Source: Verrucomicrobiia bacterium (lineage in GTDB: Bacteria > Verrucomicrobiota > Verrucomicrobiia > Limisphaerales > UBA11358). From it: DNA of 64,000 nucleotides. Below, piece after piece: positions 18,919 to 27,794 of this stretch. How positions within the stretch are numbered: position 1 is the stretch's first letter; each line of letters starts with the position of its first letter. The stretch spans positions 188,521 to 252,520 of the forward strand of contig DASZXH010000053.1 of assembly GCA_035545995.1 (NCBI GenBank). The letters are read 5' to 3'. The notes under the pieces were generated by a model, which saw nothing but the letters and a program-made list of their open reading frames with translations, was not told the origin of the DNA and searched no databases. Position numbers and translations under genes: made by a program.

Positions 18919-19899
18919 ATGCGGCGACTTCACTATGTTACGGATATGCAAAGGCCATCCCATGAATTTGCGGAGACGCTGGCCCCAATTACACCTTTGG
19001 ACACCGAGCCGGAGAGATTGGTGGTCCGCCCCAAACAGGTCAAGATGCCCGAAGACGGCTTGGTGGTTTTTGAAAGCCGGCATGGACCGGGCTTTTTCGG
19101 CGACCTGAAAGATTCATATTCCAAATTCCACTTGGTGATTCGCGGACGGGCGCAATGGGATGCCGGCGGGCGGAGTTATACGACCGCGCCGGATGTGCTT
19201 TTCCATATCGCGGCGGGCGTGCCGCATCGGATACGTGATGTGCCGCACGATCCGGTCTCCAATTACGTCATTCATTATCAACCGCAACTGCTGGACAAGG
19301 AACTGATGGAGCGGTTCGCGAAGCCTCCGGGCATTGTGCTGTTGAATCTGGCGAGCGCGGATTTGCAGCAGGCGGCTCCCATCCGTTCACTTTTCCGCGA
19401 GATGCTTTTTGAATCGGACGCTCAACAACCGGGTTGGAAGGTGCTGTTGAAATCGCGGTTGATTGAGCTTGCGGTGCGCACACTGCGCATGATGGAACGC
19501 CGAAATCAAAACGCGATGGTCTTCAAAGTGGGCAGTGACAGCATGGAACGCGTGACCCATTACGCGCTGCGTTTGAAATCATGTTTTTTCCGTCAACAGA
19601 CGCTTGAGGAAGCGGCCAAATCCGTTCATTTGAGCCGGCGACAGTTCACCGATTTATTCCGGCGGGTGACGGGAAAATCATGGCGGCGTTACATTAGAAC
19701 TTTGCGCCTTGAATATGCCGCCCGGTTGCTGGCGAACACAGATAAATCAGTCATTGCGGTGGCTTTCGAGGCCGGGTTCGAGGACCTTTCCCAATTCCAT
19801 CACAACTTCAAGGAAACTTACGGTTGCACGCCGTCGAATTATCGTGAAATGCATCAACAGCCATTTCACCCCGGCGCGGACTCTCTTTCGCATGATTAA
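18919..19899 (+). CDS. AraC-family transcriptional regulator (cupin + HTH)
   Basis: C-terminal LEEAAKSVHLSRRQFTDLFRRVTG..RLEYAARLLANTDKSVIAVAFEAGFEDLSQFHHNFKETYGCTPSNYR. ATG 18919 chosen; a TTG at 18883 overlapping the GH3 stop is an alternative. Confidence 0.85.
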   Translation: MRRLHYVTDMQRPSHEFAETLAPITPLDTEPERLVVRPKQVKMPEDGLVVFESRHGPGFFGDLKDSYSKFHLVIRGRAQWDAGGRSYTTAPDVLFHIAAGVPHRIRDVPHDPVSNYVIHYQPQLLDKELMERFAKPPGIVLLNLASADLQQAAPIRSLFREMLFESDAQQPGWKVLLKSRLIELAVRTLRMMERRNQNAMVFKVGSDSMERVTHYALRLKSCFFRQQTLEEAAKSVHLSRRQFTDLFRRVTGKSWRRYIRTLRLEYAARLLANTDKSVIAVAFEAGFEDLSQFHHNFKETYGCTPSNYREMHQQPFHPGADSLSHD

Positions 19900-20109
19900 A
19901 AACGCCGTGCAACTTTCTACGAATAGAGTTTTAACCACTCGGCAAATCCGCAAAAGTTGAACGTGTTCACGTGTTTGTGGACTCTTTGAAAAAGTGAATT
20001 TTCTGAAACAAGGTGAGGAGTTACGGACTTGGCGTCACAGCCCAAAACTCCAATCATAATCGCCTGAAAACATACGACAGCCGACAAGAAGTTGTGCTAA
20101 AAAAGTCGG

Positions 20110-20538
20110 ATGATTCTCGGTCGTATTCTGCATCCGGATATTCTATCGGCTCTGGGAAAAGCCGGCCACGGAAGCTGCGTTCTTATCGCCGACGGAAATT
20201 ATCCGTTTTCAACTCATTCTCCCGCCAGCGCCACGAAGGTATTCCTAAACCTTCGGCGCGGACTGGTAAAAGTGACCGATGTTTTGGAAGTGTTACGGGA
20301 CACGGTTCCTATCGAACAAGCAACACTGATGGCAACGTATGACGGCCAACCGGCAACAATCCATCGTGAATTTTCTAAACTACTATCCCAAGACGTGCCA
20401 ACCCGAACGCTGCCGCGGGCTGAATTTTACAGCGCAGTGAACCAACCAACGACGACGCTCGTCATTGCCACCGGCGAAGAACAGCGTTTTGCCAACATTT
20501 TAATCACCATCGGCGTCGTCAAATCGGACAAACCATGA
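20110..20538 (+). CDS. fucU: RbsD/FucU-family sugar mutarotase (L-fucose mutarotase-like)
   Basis: ILHPDILSALGKAGHGSCVLIADGNYP..VFLNLRRGLVKVTDVLEVL matches the RbsD/FucU signature. Confidence 0.75.
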   Translation: MILGRILHPDILSALGKAGHGSCVLIADGNYPFSTHSPASATKVFLNLRRGLVKVTDVLEVLRDTVPIEQATLMATYDGQPATIHREFSKLLSQDVPTRTLPRAEFYSAVNQPTTTLVIATGEEQRFANILITIGVVKSDKP

Positions 20539-21566
20539 AAGCATTGGTTCTCAAAGAATACATGAAACTCTCCTACGAGGAGGTGCCGATGCCGGAATTC
20601 GGGCCGACTGACGTGCTGGTGGTAGTGAAAGCCTGCGGCATCTGTGGCAGCGACGTCCACGGTTTGGATGGCTCCACGGGGCGGCGGCGTCCGCCCATCA
20701 TCATGGGGCATGAAGCTTCCGGCGTCATCGCGGAAGTGGGCAGCGCTGTCAACGGTTGGCAACGAGGCGACCGCGTCACCTTTGATTCAACCGTTTTCTG
20801 CGGGACGTGCAAATTCTGTCGGCGTGGTGACATCAACCTTTGCGACAACCGGCGGGTGCTCGGAGTGTCGTGCGAGGATTATCGGCAGCACGGAGCCTTC
20901 GCCGAATACGTCACCGTGCCCCAGCATATTCTCTATCGTTTGCCGGATGGATTGTCGTTTGAAAACGCGGCGATGGTCGAGCCGATTTCAATTGCGTTCC
21001 ATGCCGTGCGCCGCGCGCCGCCGGTGTTGAATGACACGGCGGTGGTGGTTGGCGCCGGGATGATTGGGCTGTTTGTTATTCAGGCTTTGCGGCTGGCGGG
21101 TTGCGGCAAAATCATCGCCGTGGATGTGGTCTCCGACAAATTGAAAATGGCCTGCGACTTGGGCGCTACTCACACAATCAATTCCGGCGAGGAGGATGCT
21201 GTTGCCCACGTCCAGAATCTTACAGGCGGATTCGGAGCGGACTTGACTGTGGAAGCTGTGGGTATGACGCAAACCGTGGAATTGGCCGTTCGTTGTGTGC
21301 GCAAGGGCGGTTCGGTGACTCTCGTCGGCAACGTGTCGCCTCGAATCGAATTACCACTTCAAGGAGTGGTCACCCGCGAGTTGACGATTTACGGTTCATG
21401 TGCCTCTTCCGGCGAATATCCGGCCTGTCTCGACATGCTGGTTCGTGGGTTGGTCAATCCTATGCCCATCTTGAGTGCCGTCGCGCCGCTGGCCGAAGGC
21501 GCGTCTTGGTTTGACCGGCTTTACCATAAGGAACCGGGTTTGTTGAAAGTGATTCTCAAACCATAA
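20535..21566 (+). CDS. Zn-dependent medium-chain alcohol/sugar dehydrogenase
   Basis: GICGSDVH, GHEASG, and the structural-zinc Cys cluster CGTCKFCRRGDINLC. GAGMIGL is the Rossmann motif. Overlaps fucU by 4 nt. Confidence 0.85.
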   Translation: MKALVLKEYMKLSYEEVPMPEFGPTDVLVVVKACGICGSDVHGLDGSTGRRRPPIIMGHEASGVIAEVGSAVNGWQRGDRVTFDSTVFCGTCKFCRRGDINLCDNRRVLGVSCEDYRQHGAFAEYVTVPQHILYRLPDGLSFENAAMVEPISIAFHAVRRAPPVLNDTAVVVGAGMIGLFVIQALRLAGCGKIIAVDVVSDKLKMACDLGATHTINSGEEDAVAHVQNLTGGFGADLTVEAVGMTQTVELAVRCVRKGGSVTLVGNVSPRIELPLQGVVTRELTIYGSCASSGEYPACLDMLVRGLVNPMPILSAVAPLAEGASWFDRLYHKEPGLLKVILKP

Positions 21567-21593
21567 ACGAATTTTCGGAGCACGGTTGAATTT

Positions 21594-22769
21594 ATGCAAC
21601 GCGAGAAAGTGAGAACGGCCATCGTCGGTTGCGGCAAAGTCGCGCATTTGCACGCGGAAGCGCTGAAAACACTTCCCGCATCCGAATTTGTCGCCGTGTG
21701 CGGCGGATCACATCCGGAGTGGCGCAACGCGTTCGCCGAAAGATATGGCGTGAAAGCGTATGCCACAATTGACGATTTGCTCGCCGCCGGAGTGGCCGAC
21801 ATGATTACGATTGCGACGCCGCATCCGGCGCACGCCGATGCCGCCACGAAAGCGGCACGTGCGGGTTTACATGTGCTGGTGGAGAAACCGCTGGCGTCTT
21901 CGTTGGAAGATTGCGACGCCATCCTTGCGGCGGCACGCGACGGTGGTGGCGTGCTCGGCATGATTTGCCAGCGACGCTTCTTCGCACCTTGTCAGCGAAT
22001 CCGGCGCGCCATTGATGATGGGAAACTTGGTCGCCCAATTCTTGGCGCCGTGACCATGCTTGGCTGGCGTGACGAAGCTTATTACCGCAGCGACCCCTGG
22101 CGCGGCTCTTGGCGGGGCGAAGGCGGTGGCGTATTGGTCAATCAAGCGCCGCATCAACTTGATTTGTTGTTGTGGTATATGGGCGAGATTGACGAGTTGT
22201 TTGGTTACTGGGCAAACCTCAATCATCCCACGATAGAAGTGGAAGATACGGCGGTAGCGGGGGTTCGTTTCAAGAATGGTGCGCTCGGCAACATCGTCGT
22301 CAGCAACAGTCAGAATCCCGCGCTCTACGGCAAGGTCACGGTTCACGGCAACAACGGCGCTTCCGTAGGCGTGCAAACTGACGGCGGCGCGATGTTCATT
22401 GCTGGAATGTCGAACATCACCGAACCGCCACTGAATGATTTGTGGAGCATCCCCGGCGAGGAAAATCTGCTAGCCCGGTGGCGACAGGAGGATACCGCGT
22501 ATTTCAACTCAATTAACGCCGTTGAGTATTATCACCGATTGCAAATTGACGATTTCCTTCACGCAATTCTCGATCAACGACCGCCGCTGATTACAGGCGA
22601 GGACGGAAGACGAACGGTTGAACTCTTCACGGCCATCTATCGTGCTAACCGCGACAGGAGAGCAATCCGTTTTCCTTTGGTCGCCGAGTCGGGACGCGAC
22701 GATTTTGATGGACGGCGCCCAAGACATTTGTCGGGTCGCGAAATAGAAGCCGCCGCCGGAACGATTTGA
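21594..22769 (+). CDS. Gfo/Idh/MocA-family oxidoreductase
   Basis: VRTAIVGCGKVAHLHAEAL N-terminal Rossmann fold, VLVEKPLA motif, and the family-typical C-terminal alpha/beta domain. Confidence 0.8.
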   Translation: MQREKVRTAIVGCGKVAHLHAEALKTLPASEFVAVCGGSHPEWRNAFAERYGVKAYATIDDLLAAGVADMITIATPHPAHADAATKAARAGLHVLVEKPLASSLEDCDAILAAARDGGGVLGMICQRRFFAPCQRIRRAIDDGKLGRPILGAVTMLGWRDEAYYRSDPWRGSWRGEGGGVLVNQAPHQLDLLLWYMGEIDELFGYWANLNHPTIEVEDTAVAGVRFKNGALGNIVVSNSQNPALYGKVTVHGNNGASVGVQTDGGAMFIAGMSNITEPPLNDLWSIPGEENLLARWRQEDTAYFNSINAVEYYHRLQIDDFLHAILDQRPPLITGEDGRRTVELFTAIYRANRDRRAIRFPLVAESGRDDFDGRRPRHLSGREIEAAAGTI

Positions 22770-23836
22770 TGGAACCAACACAAATTAAACCAATGGAACT
22801 ACGTCAATGCGGCAAATACGACTTGAAGCTGCCCGTGCTCGGTATGGGATGTTGGACTTACGGCGGCGGAGAATACTGGGGAGCGCAAAGTCAGCAGGAT
22901 GTCAATGAAGTGGTGCAATGCGCGGTGGAACGAGGAGCAAATTTTTTTGACACAGCGGAAGTCTATAACGAAGGCGCAAGTGAAAGTTCGTTGGGCATCG
23001 CGTTGCGGGGTATTCCGCGTGACAAGGTTTTGATTGGTACCAAAGTCAGTCCCTCGAACGTCGAGCCTAGAAATTTGGTCAAACATTGCGAAGCAAGTTT
23101 GCGGCGGTTGCAGACCAATTACATTGATCTCTACATGGTGCATTGGCCAATCACGGCACATTCCATCAAACACTTCACCAGCGAAAAAATACCGGTTCCC
23201 TCAGTGCTTGATGCGTTTGGTGCTTTGGAATTTTTAAGACAGTCGGGCAAAATACGTTATATCGGAGTCAGTAATTTTGGCGTGGAAAAACTTTCTGAAA
23301 CACTTGCGACCGGCGTCGAGATTGTCGTCAACGAACTGCCCTACAGCCTCCTGACCCGGGCCATCGAAATAGAAATTCTGCCGTTTTGCCGGGAGCAAGG
23401 TATTGGCGTGCTGGGATATATGTCGCTGATGCAAGGAGTGCTGGCCGGCATTTATCCGACTTTGGACGATGTGCCGATTTGGCGACGGCGCACACGGCAC
23501 TTCGACAGTCGGCGCACGCCTCAATGCCGTCATGGTCTTCCCGGCGTCGAACCAGAAACTAACGCCGCGCTCGCGAACATCCGGGCGATTGCCAGCAAAT
23601 ATAACATAACGATGTCAGAACTTGCTTTGAAATGGGCGTTTGCCGGCAAAGGCATCACCAGTTCTCTATGCGGCTCGCGCAACGTCAAGCAACTCCAAAT
23701 GAATATCAAGGCGGCTTCGGAGCCTTTGGACCAGAGTATAATAGAGGAATTGAGCCAAGCCACGCAGCCACTTATGGAAAAGTTAGGGCCGAGTTTTGAC
23801 TATTACGAAAACCCGGCAAATGACCGGACAAAGTAA
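22766..23836 (+). CDS. Aldo/keto reductase (possible L-fucose / D-threo-aldose 1-dehydrogenase)
   Basis: LGMGCWTYGG, FFDTAEVYNEGASE, IDLYMVHWP, IGVSNF. The specific substrate is inferred from context only. Confidence 0.75.
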   Translation: MMEPTQIKPMELRQCGKYDLKLPVLGMGCWTYGGGEYWGAQSQQDVNEVVQCAVERGANFFDTAEVYNEGASESSLGIALRGIPRDKVLIGTKVSPSNVEPRNLVKHCEASLRRLQTNYIDLYMVHWPITAHSIKHFTSEKIPVPSVLDAFGALEFLRQSGKIRYIGVSNFGVEKLSETLATGVEIVVNELPYSLLTRAIEIEILPFCREQGIGVLGYMSLMQGVLAGIYPTLDDVPIWRRRTRHFDSRRTPQCRHGLPGVEPETNAALANIRAIASKYNITMSELALKWAFAGKGITSSLCGSRNVKQLQMNIKAASEPLDQSIIEELSQATQPLMEKLGPSFDYYENPANDRTK

Positions 23837-23851
23837 CGAAATGGCAGTGCT

Positions 23852-25153
23852 TTGAATATCCAGCAAACCAATACTGTGACACGAAACCCGGCGTCGCCCG
23901 TAATTTCACGTTTGCGATGGATGATGGTCGGATTCGCCTTCGCCGCCACTGTCATTAATTATCTCGACAGGTCGGTGCTCGGACTGGTGGCCGCGTCGCC
24001 TGGTTTCAAAGAATCGGTTCACCTGACGGACGAAGCTTATGGCAACATCGGGGCCGCGTTCATGCTTGCCTACGCCATCAGTAACGGTCTTTCAGGGACG
24101 TTCATTGACACAGTGGGAACCCGCATCGGCTATGTGTGTTGCATGGCGTGGTGGTCTTTAGCGAGCATTCTTCATGCTTTTGTCAGAGGACCATTGTCGC
24201 TCGGTTGTTGTCAATTTTTGCTGGGCACCGGCGAAGCGGGCAACTGGCCCGCAGCGGCCAAAATGGTCAGCGAATGGTTTCCGGCAAAAGAACGCGCGCT
24301 GGCCTCGGGTATTTTCAACGCCGGCGCTTCCATCGGTGCCGTGATTTCACCGTTGGTCATTGTTTGGGTGGTTACAACCATGGGCTGGCGAAGCTCATTC
24401 GTGTTGATGGGAACATTGGGATTGCTCTGGGGCGTATGCTGGTGGTTGACTCATGCCTCGCTAAAAAACACAAATACCCCTGCGACGGCGCAAAGACAGA
24501 CTGTGCCGGTGGCGAAACTTTTGCGCACGCGGTTCGTGATGTTTTTCACACTCTCGAAAGTTTTCATGGATCCGGTGTGGTATTTTCTTTTATTCTGGTT
24601 TCCGAAATATTTGGCCGAAGTGCACCACTTCAGCATGAAGGAAATCGGCTGGAAGGGGGGAATACCATATTTCACGGCGGCGATAGGAAATCTTGCAGGC
24701 GGTTTTTTGGCGTCGCGGTTGATTCGTCATGGCCTTCCCACTACGGTTGCACGCAAAGCGAGCACAACTGTTTTTGCCCTGCTGATGACCTGCATTATTC
24801 CGGCCATTTTCACCAGCAACGCGCCGCTGGCCATTGCATTCATTTCGATCACAACTTTTGGTTATACCGGTTACACGGCCAACACGCTCGCGTTTCCGGC
24901 GGATATATTTCCAAAACAGATGGTCGCCTCGGTTTGGGGATTTGCGAGCATGGGATCAGGCTTCGGCGGTATGCTGTTTATGGCGCTGTCCGGCTGGGGA
25001 ATTGGTCATTATGGTTACATGCCGGTTTTCATTGGTTACGGAATTTTGCCGTTGCTGGCTTTAATCTGTATTTTGTTTCTAATCGGACCATTACGGAGCG
25101 ATGTGAAGTTTCAACCATCCAAAGAAACATCTGACTTCTTACTTTCGAGGTAG
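23852..25153 (+). CDS. MFS transporter (ACS/hexuronate-transporter-like)
   Basis: 12-TM-like hydrophobic profile, INYLDRSVLG, GEAGNWPAAAKMVSEWFPAKERA. The alternate-frame ORF 24136..25134 is a shadow. Confidence 0.8.
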   Translation: MNIQQTNTVTRNPASPVISRLRWMMVGFAFAATVINYLDRSVLGLVAASPGFKESVHLTDEAYGNIGAAFMLAYAISNGLSGTFIDTVGTRIGYVCCMAWWSLASILHAFVRGPLSLGCCQFLLGTGEAGNWPAAAKMVSEWFPAKERALASGIFNAGASIGAVISPLVIVWVVTTMGWRSSFVLMGTLGLLWGVCWWLTHASLKNTNTPATAQRQTVPVAKLLRTRFVMFFTLSKVFMDPVWYFLLFWFPKYLAEVHHFSMKEIGWKGGIPYFTAAIGNLAGGFLASRLIRHGLPTTVARKASTTVFALLMTCIIPAIFTSNAPLAIAFISITTFGYTGYTANTLAFPADIFPKQMVASVWGFASMGSGFGGMLFMALSGWGIGHYGYMPVFIGYGILPLLALICILFLIGPLRSDVKFQPSKETSDFLLSR

Positions 25154-25209
25154 AACCATTATTTAAAGAAAGAAAATTTCAGCCAATTCACCAAGTTTGT
25201 AAAAGGAAT

Positions 25210-25278
25210 CTATACCAAGGACATAGGCTAATCCAACCCCAATGCCGCGTTGACAAGTCTAACTTTCTAATCACTATT
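25210..25278 (+). promoter_or_regulatory. Conserved upstream box, copy C
   Basis: CTATaccaaggacATAGgctaatccaaCCCCAATGccgcgtTGACAAGTCTAACtttcTAATCACtat; ATG at 25290 (or 25305). Confidence 0.75.
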
Positions 25279-25289
25279 ATGTTAGACCC

Positions 25290-27701
25290 ATGTTTAACAT
25301 CTTTATGAAGCATCAATTGCTAATCGCTGGTTTTTTGTGCGCTTGTCTCTCAGTCACTGCGCAACAAGTTTCACTCAAGGAAATTCGCACGGCTTCGCCC
25401 ACTGTCTTGGTGGCTTTTTTCAAAGACGCTTATTGGACAGGCCCGGTTTGGGGTGAGCAGTGGACCAATAACCAAGTGACGACGACCGATTTGTCGTTAT
25501 GGACGCTCAATGGCCAACCCGTGACAGCCGCCAGCAGATTTGTGACCGAGGCAAATGCCGTAGATTATCACATTTACTTGCAGGTGCCGCCTTTGACCAA
25601 TGGAATGATTTATACATTGAACACGCCTTACGGTAACACAAATTTTGTCTTCGATGATACGAAAATTTTCTGCGAGTCCATTAAAGTCAACCAAAATGGT
25701 TATAGCGCTTTGTCTCATACGCGCTATGCCAATTTCGCCATCTGGCTAGGCGACGGCGGAGCCAAACCGATTGGTGGACCCCTTCCCAATTATACTGTGT
25801 TTAACCAATTTACAGGAGAACAGATCGCTTCGGGAACACTGCAAACTGTGACAGCCGCCCAACCGGATTCATCCTCTGGTGATTATGTCTATCGGATTGA
25901 CCTGTCGGGAGTGCCCGAGGGTGGACCTTATATGATTTCCGTGAAGGGTTACGGCTGCTCATATCCCTTTGGCGTGGGTGGAGACTTTTCACGCCGCTTG
26001 GCGTATGTCGCATTCCGCGCCTTGTTTTATAATCGGTGCGGTTGCCCGATTATCGAGCCGTATGCATGGGCCAATATCCGGCCGACTCCTTGTCATACCG
26101 ACATATATGATAGTGAAGGATCGAATCAGTCAGACACCTTTCCTAACGGCACGGTTAAGAAAACTCAACCCGAATTATCTGTGCATGGAGGGTATCACGA
26201 TGCCGGAGACGCAGACCGACGGGCTTACCACCTTATGGTGCCCATGGTATTGTTGACGACTTATGAAGCCTTTCCCAATTTGTTCACTGATAAGCAATTT
26301 AATATACCGGACATTTTTGACGCGGATTTCAACATCATTGGATCAGGCAATGGGATTCCAGATATTCTTGATGAAGCCTGGTGGGGCACGATGCTGTGGA
26401 CCAACCTTCAATTTACCCCCAATGAACCCTCCGGCGCTGTCGCGTGGGGCGTCAATGCCGCAGGCTATCCGGCGTGGGGAATCAACTACGATCAGGACAC
26501 TTTGCTCTGGGGCGTTCAAACTAACGACGTCAATTCCTGTGGTTTGGCAGCCGGGTTGTTCATGCACATGGCTCGGCTCGTTCAACCTTTCAATCCTGAA
26601 CTCAGCGCAAATTTGCAGATACGCGGGGACGCCGCATACAATTATGTCAATTCTGTGCCGGGTTGGTCCATGAAAACGACGCATAAGCTTTATTACGCAA
26701 TTCAGAAGTATTTGCTGACTGGAGATGTGACTGCCAGTAATATCATTGAGTCCTTATATACCACCACAAGCGGATTTACCGGTTCTTACGAAAAACAGCT
26801 TGGAGGTGCTCTCACCGATGGCGGCATCTGGCAAGCGAGCTATTTCATGTCCTATATCCTCGCGACCAATCGGCCTACTGATCCGAATGTTGTCGCTTAC
26901 TTCAAAACGCAACTTCAAGCAGCGGCGGACCATGAAGTTAATTGGGTCAACATTGGCACTTACCCATCGGGTTGGCCTGCGAGCGTTAATCCTACGTCGT
27001 ATAACTTCAGCCAAGGATATTTCACGGACGGAGGACAACTTGGTTATCCATGCCTGCTACAGTGGGCGTTGACAGGAGAGCAGAAGTATATTGATACAGT
27101 TAGCCAGCTTATGGATTATGAGCAAGGTCTTAATCCCATCGGCAAGTGCTACATGACTGGCATTGGATTCGATAGAACCCATAACCCGGAGCAACGTGAA
27201 TCTGCCTACGCAGAATACACTGAGGGATGGGGTGGTCCTCAACCCGGAATTACTGTATACGGTCCCGGCGCGAATGGTCAAACCGCCACGGCCAATCTTC
27301 AGGTGCCGCCTGCCAATAGCCTGCCTCGGGAACGCAAGTGGATGGATGACGTGGGTAACAGTCAATGGGGTGAATTTACTGTCGAAGAGACTGAAGTTTT
27401 CCCGGCGGCTATTTATCCGGTATTAGCACAAGGTGGTAATTGGAAACCCGCGAGTGGCGAACCGTTTCTCAACCCGACTGCCTCTATCCAACCAAATACC
27501 AATGGATGGATGGTTCGATTCGGAGGCATTCCATACCAGAGTTACGTCCTGCAATCGGCGACCGCCATTGGTGGTCCGTGGGTCACAGTGACCGGACCGG
27601 TGGAAGCCGATGTTACAGGCATGGCGCAATTCACAGACACCGCGATGCCAACTTCGGCGACACGATTTTATCGTACCCAAACAGCCGCGCCGATTTATTA
27701 A
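25290..27701 (+). CDS. GH9-like endoglucanase with N-terminal Ig-like (CelD_N-type) domain and a C-terminal beta-sandwich module
   Basis: IKVNQNGY..DYVYRIDLSGVPEGGPYMISVKGYGCSYPFGVG..AFRALFYNRCG has the CelD_N plus GH9 N-terminal pattern. HGGYHDAGDADRR corresponds to the GH9 DAGD motif. The C-terminus ends ..SATRFYRTQ. Confidence 0.65.
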   Translation: MFNIFMKHQLLIAGFLCACLSVTAQQVSLKEIRTASPTVLVAFFKDAYWTGPVWGEQWTNNQVTTTDLSLWTLNGQPVTAASRFVTEANAVDYHIYLQVPPLTNGMIYTLNTPYGNTNFVFDDTKIFCESIKVNQNGYSALSHTRYANFAIWLGDGGAKPIGGPLPNYTVFNQFTGEQIASGTLQTVTAAQPDSSSGDYVYRIDLSGVPEGGPYMISVKGYGCSYPFGVGGDFSRRLAYVAFRALFYNRCGCPIIEPYAWANIRPTPCHTDIYDSEGSNQSDTFPNGTVKKTQPELSVHGGYHDAGDADRRAYHLMVPMVLLTTYEAFPNLFTDKQFNIPDIFDADFNIIGSGNGIPDILDEAWWGTMLWTNLQFTPNEPSGAVAWGVNAAGYPAWGINYDQDTLLWGVQTNDVNSCGLAAGLFMHMARLVQPFNPELSANLQIRGDAAYNYVNSVPGWSMKTTHKLYYAIQKYLLTGDVTASNIIESLYTTTSGFTGSYEKQLGGALTDGGIWQASYFMSYILATNRPTDPNVVAYFKTQLQAAADHEVNWVNIGTYPSGWPASVNPTSYNFSQGYFTDGGQLGYPCLLQWALTGEQKYIDTVSQLMDYEQGLNPIGKCYMTGIGFDRTHNPEQRESAYAEYTEGWGGPQPGITVYGPGANGQTATANLQVPPANSLPRERKWMDDVGNSQWGEFTVEETEVFPAAIYPVLAQGGNWKPASGEPFLNPTASIQPNTNGWMVRFGGIPYQSYVLQSATAIGGPWVTVTGPVEADVTGMAQFTDTAMPTSATRFYRTQTAAPIY

Positions 27702-27794
27702 CCCCAAACTACTCTGCCACTGTTGATGTAACTGATCATCTGCCCGAATCCACATCAGTCACCGCTCAAAGCCCCAAGATTTGAACCGACCTGT

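Noticed and set aside
24136-25134. 332-aa + strand ORF inside the MFS transporter gene
   Set aside because: It is an alternate frame of a GC-rich gene with an Arg/Gly/His-rich composition. The 23852 frame has the clear 12-TM MFS features.
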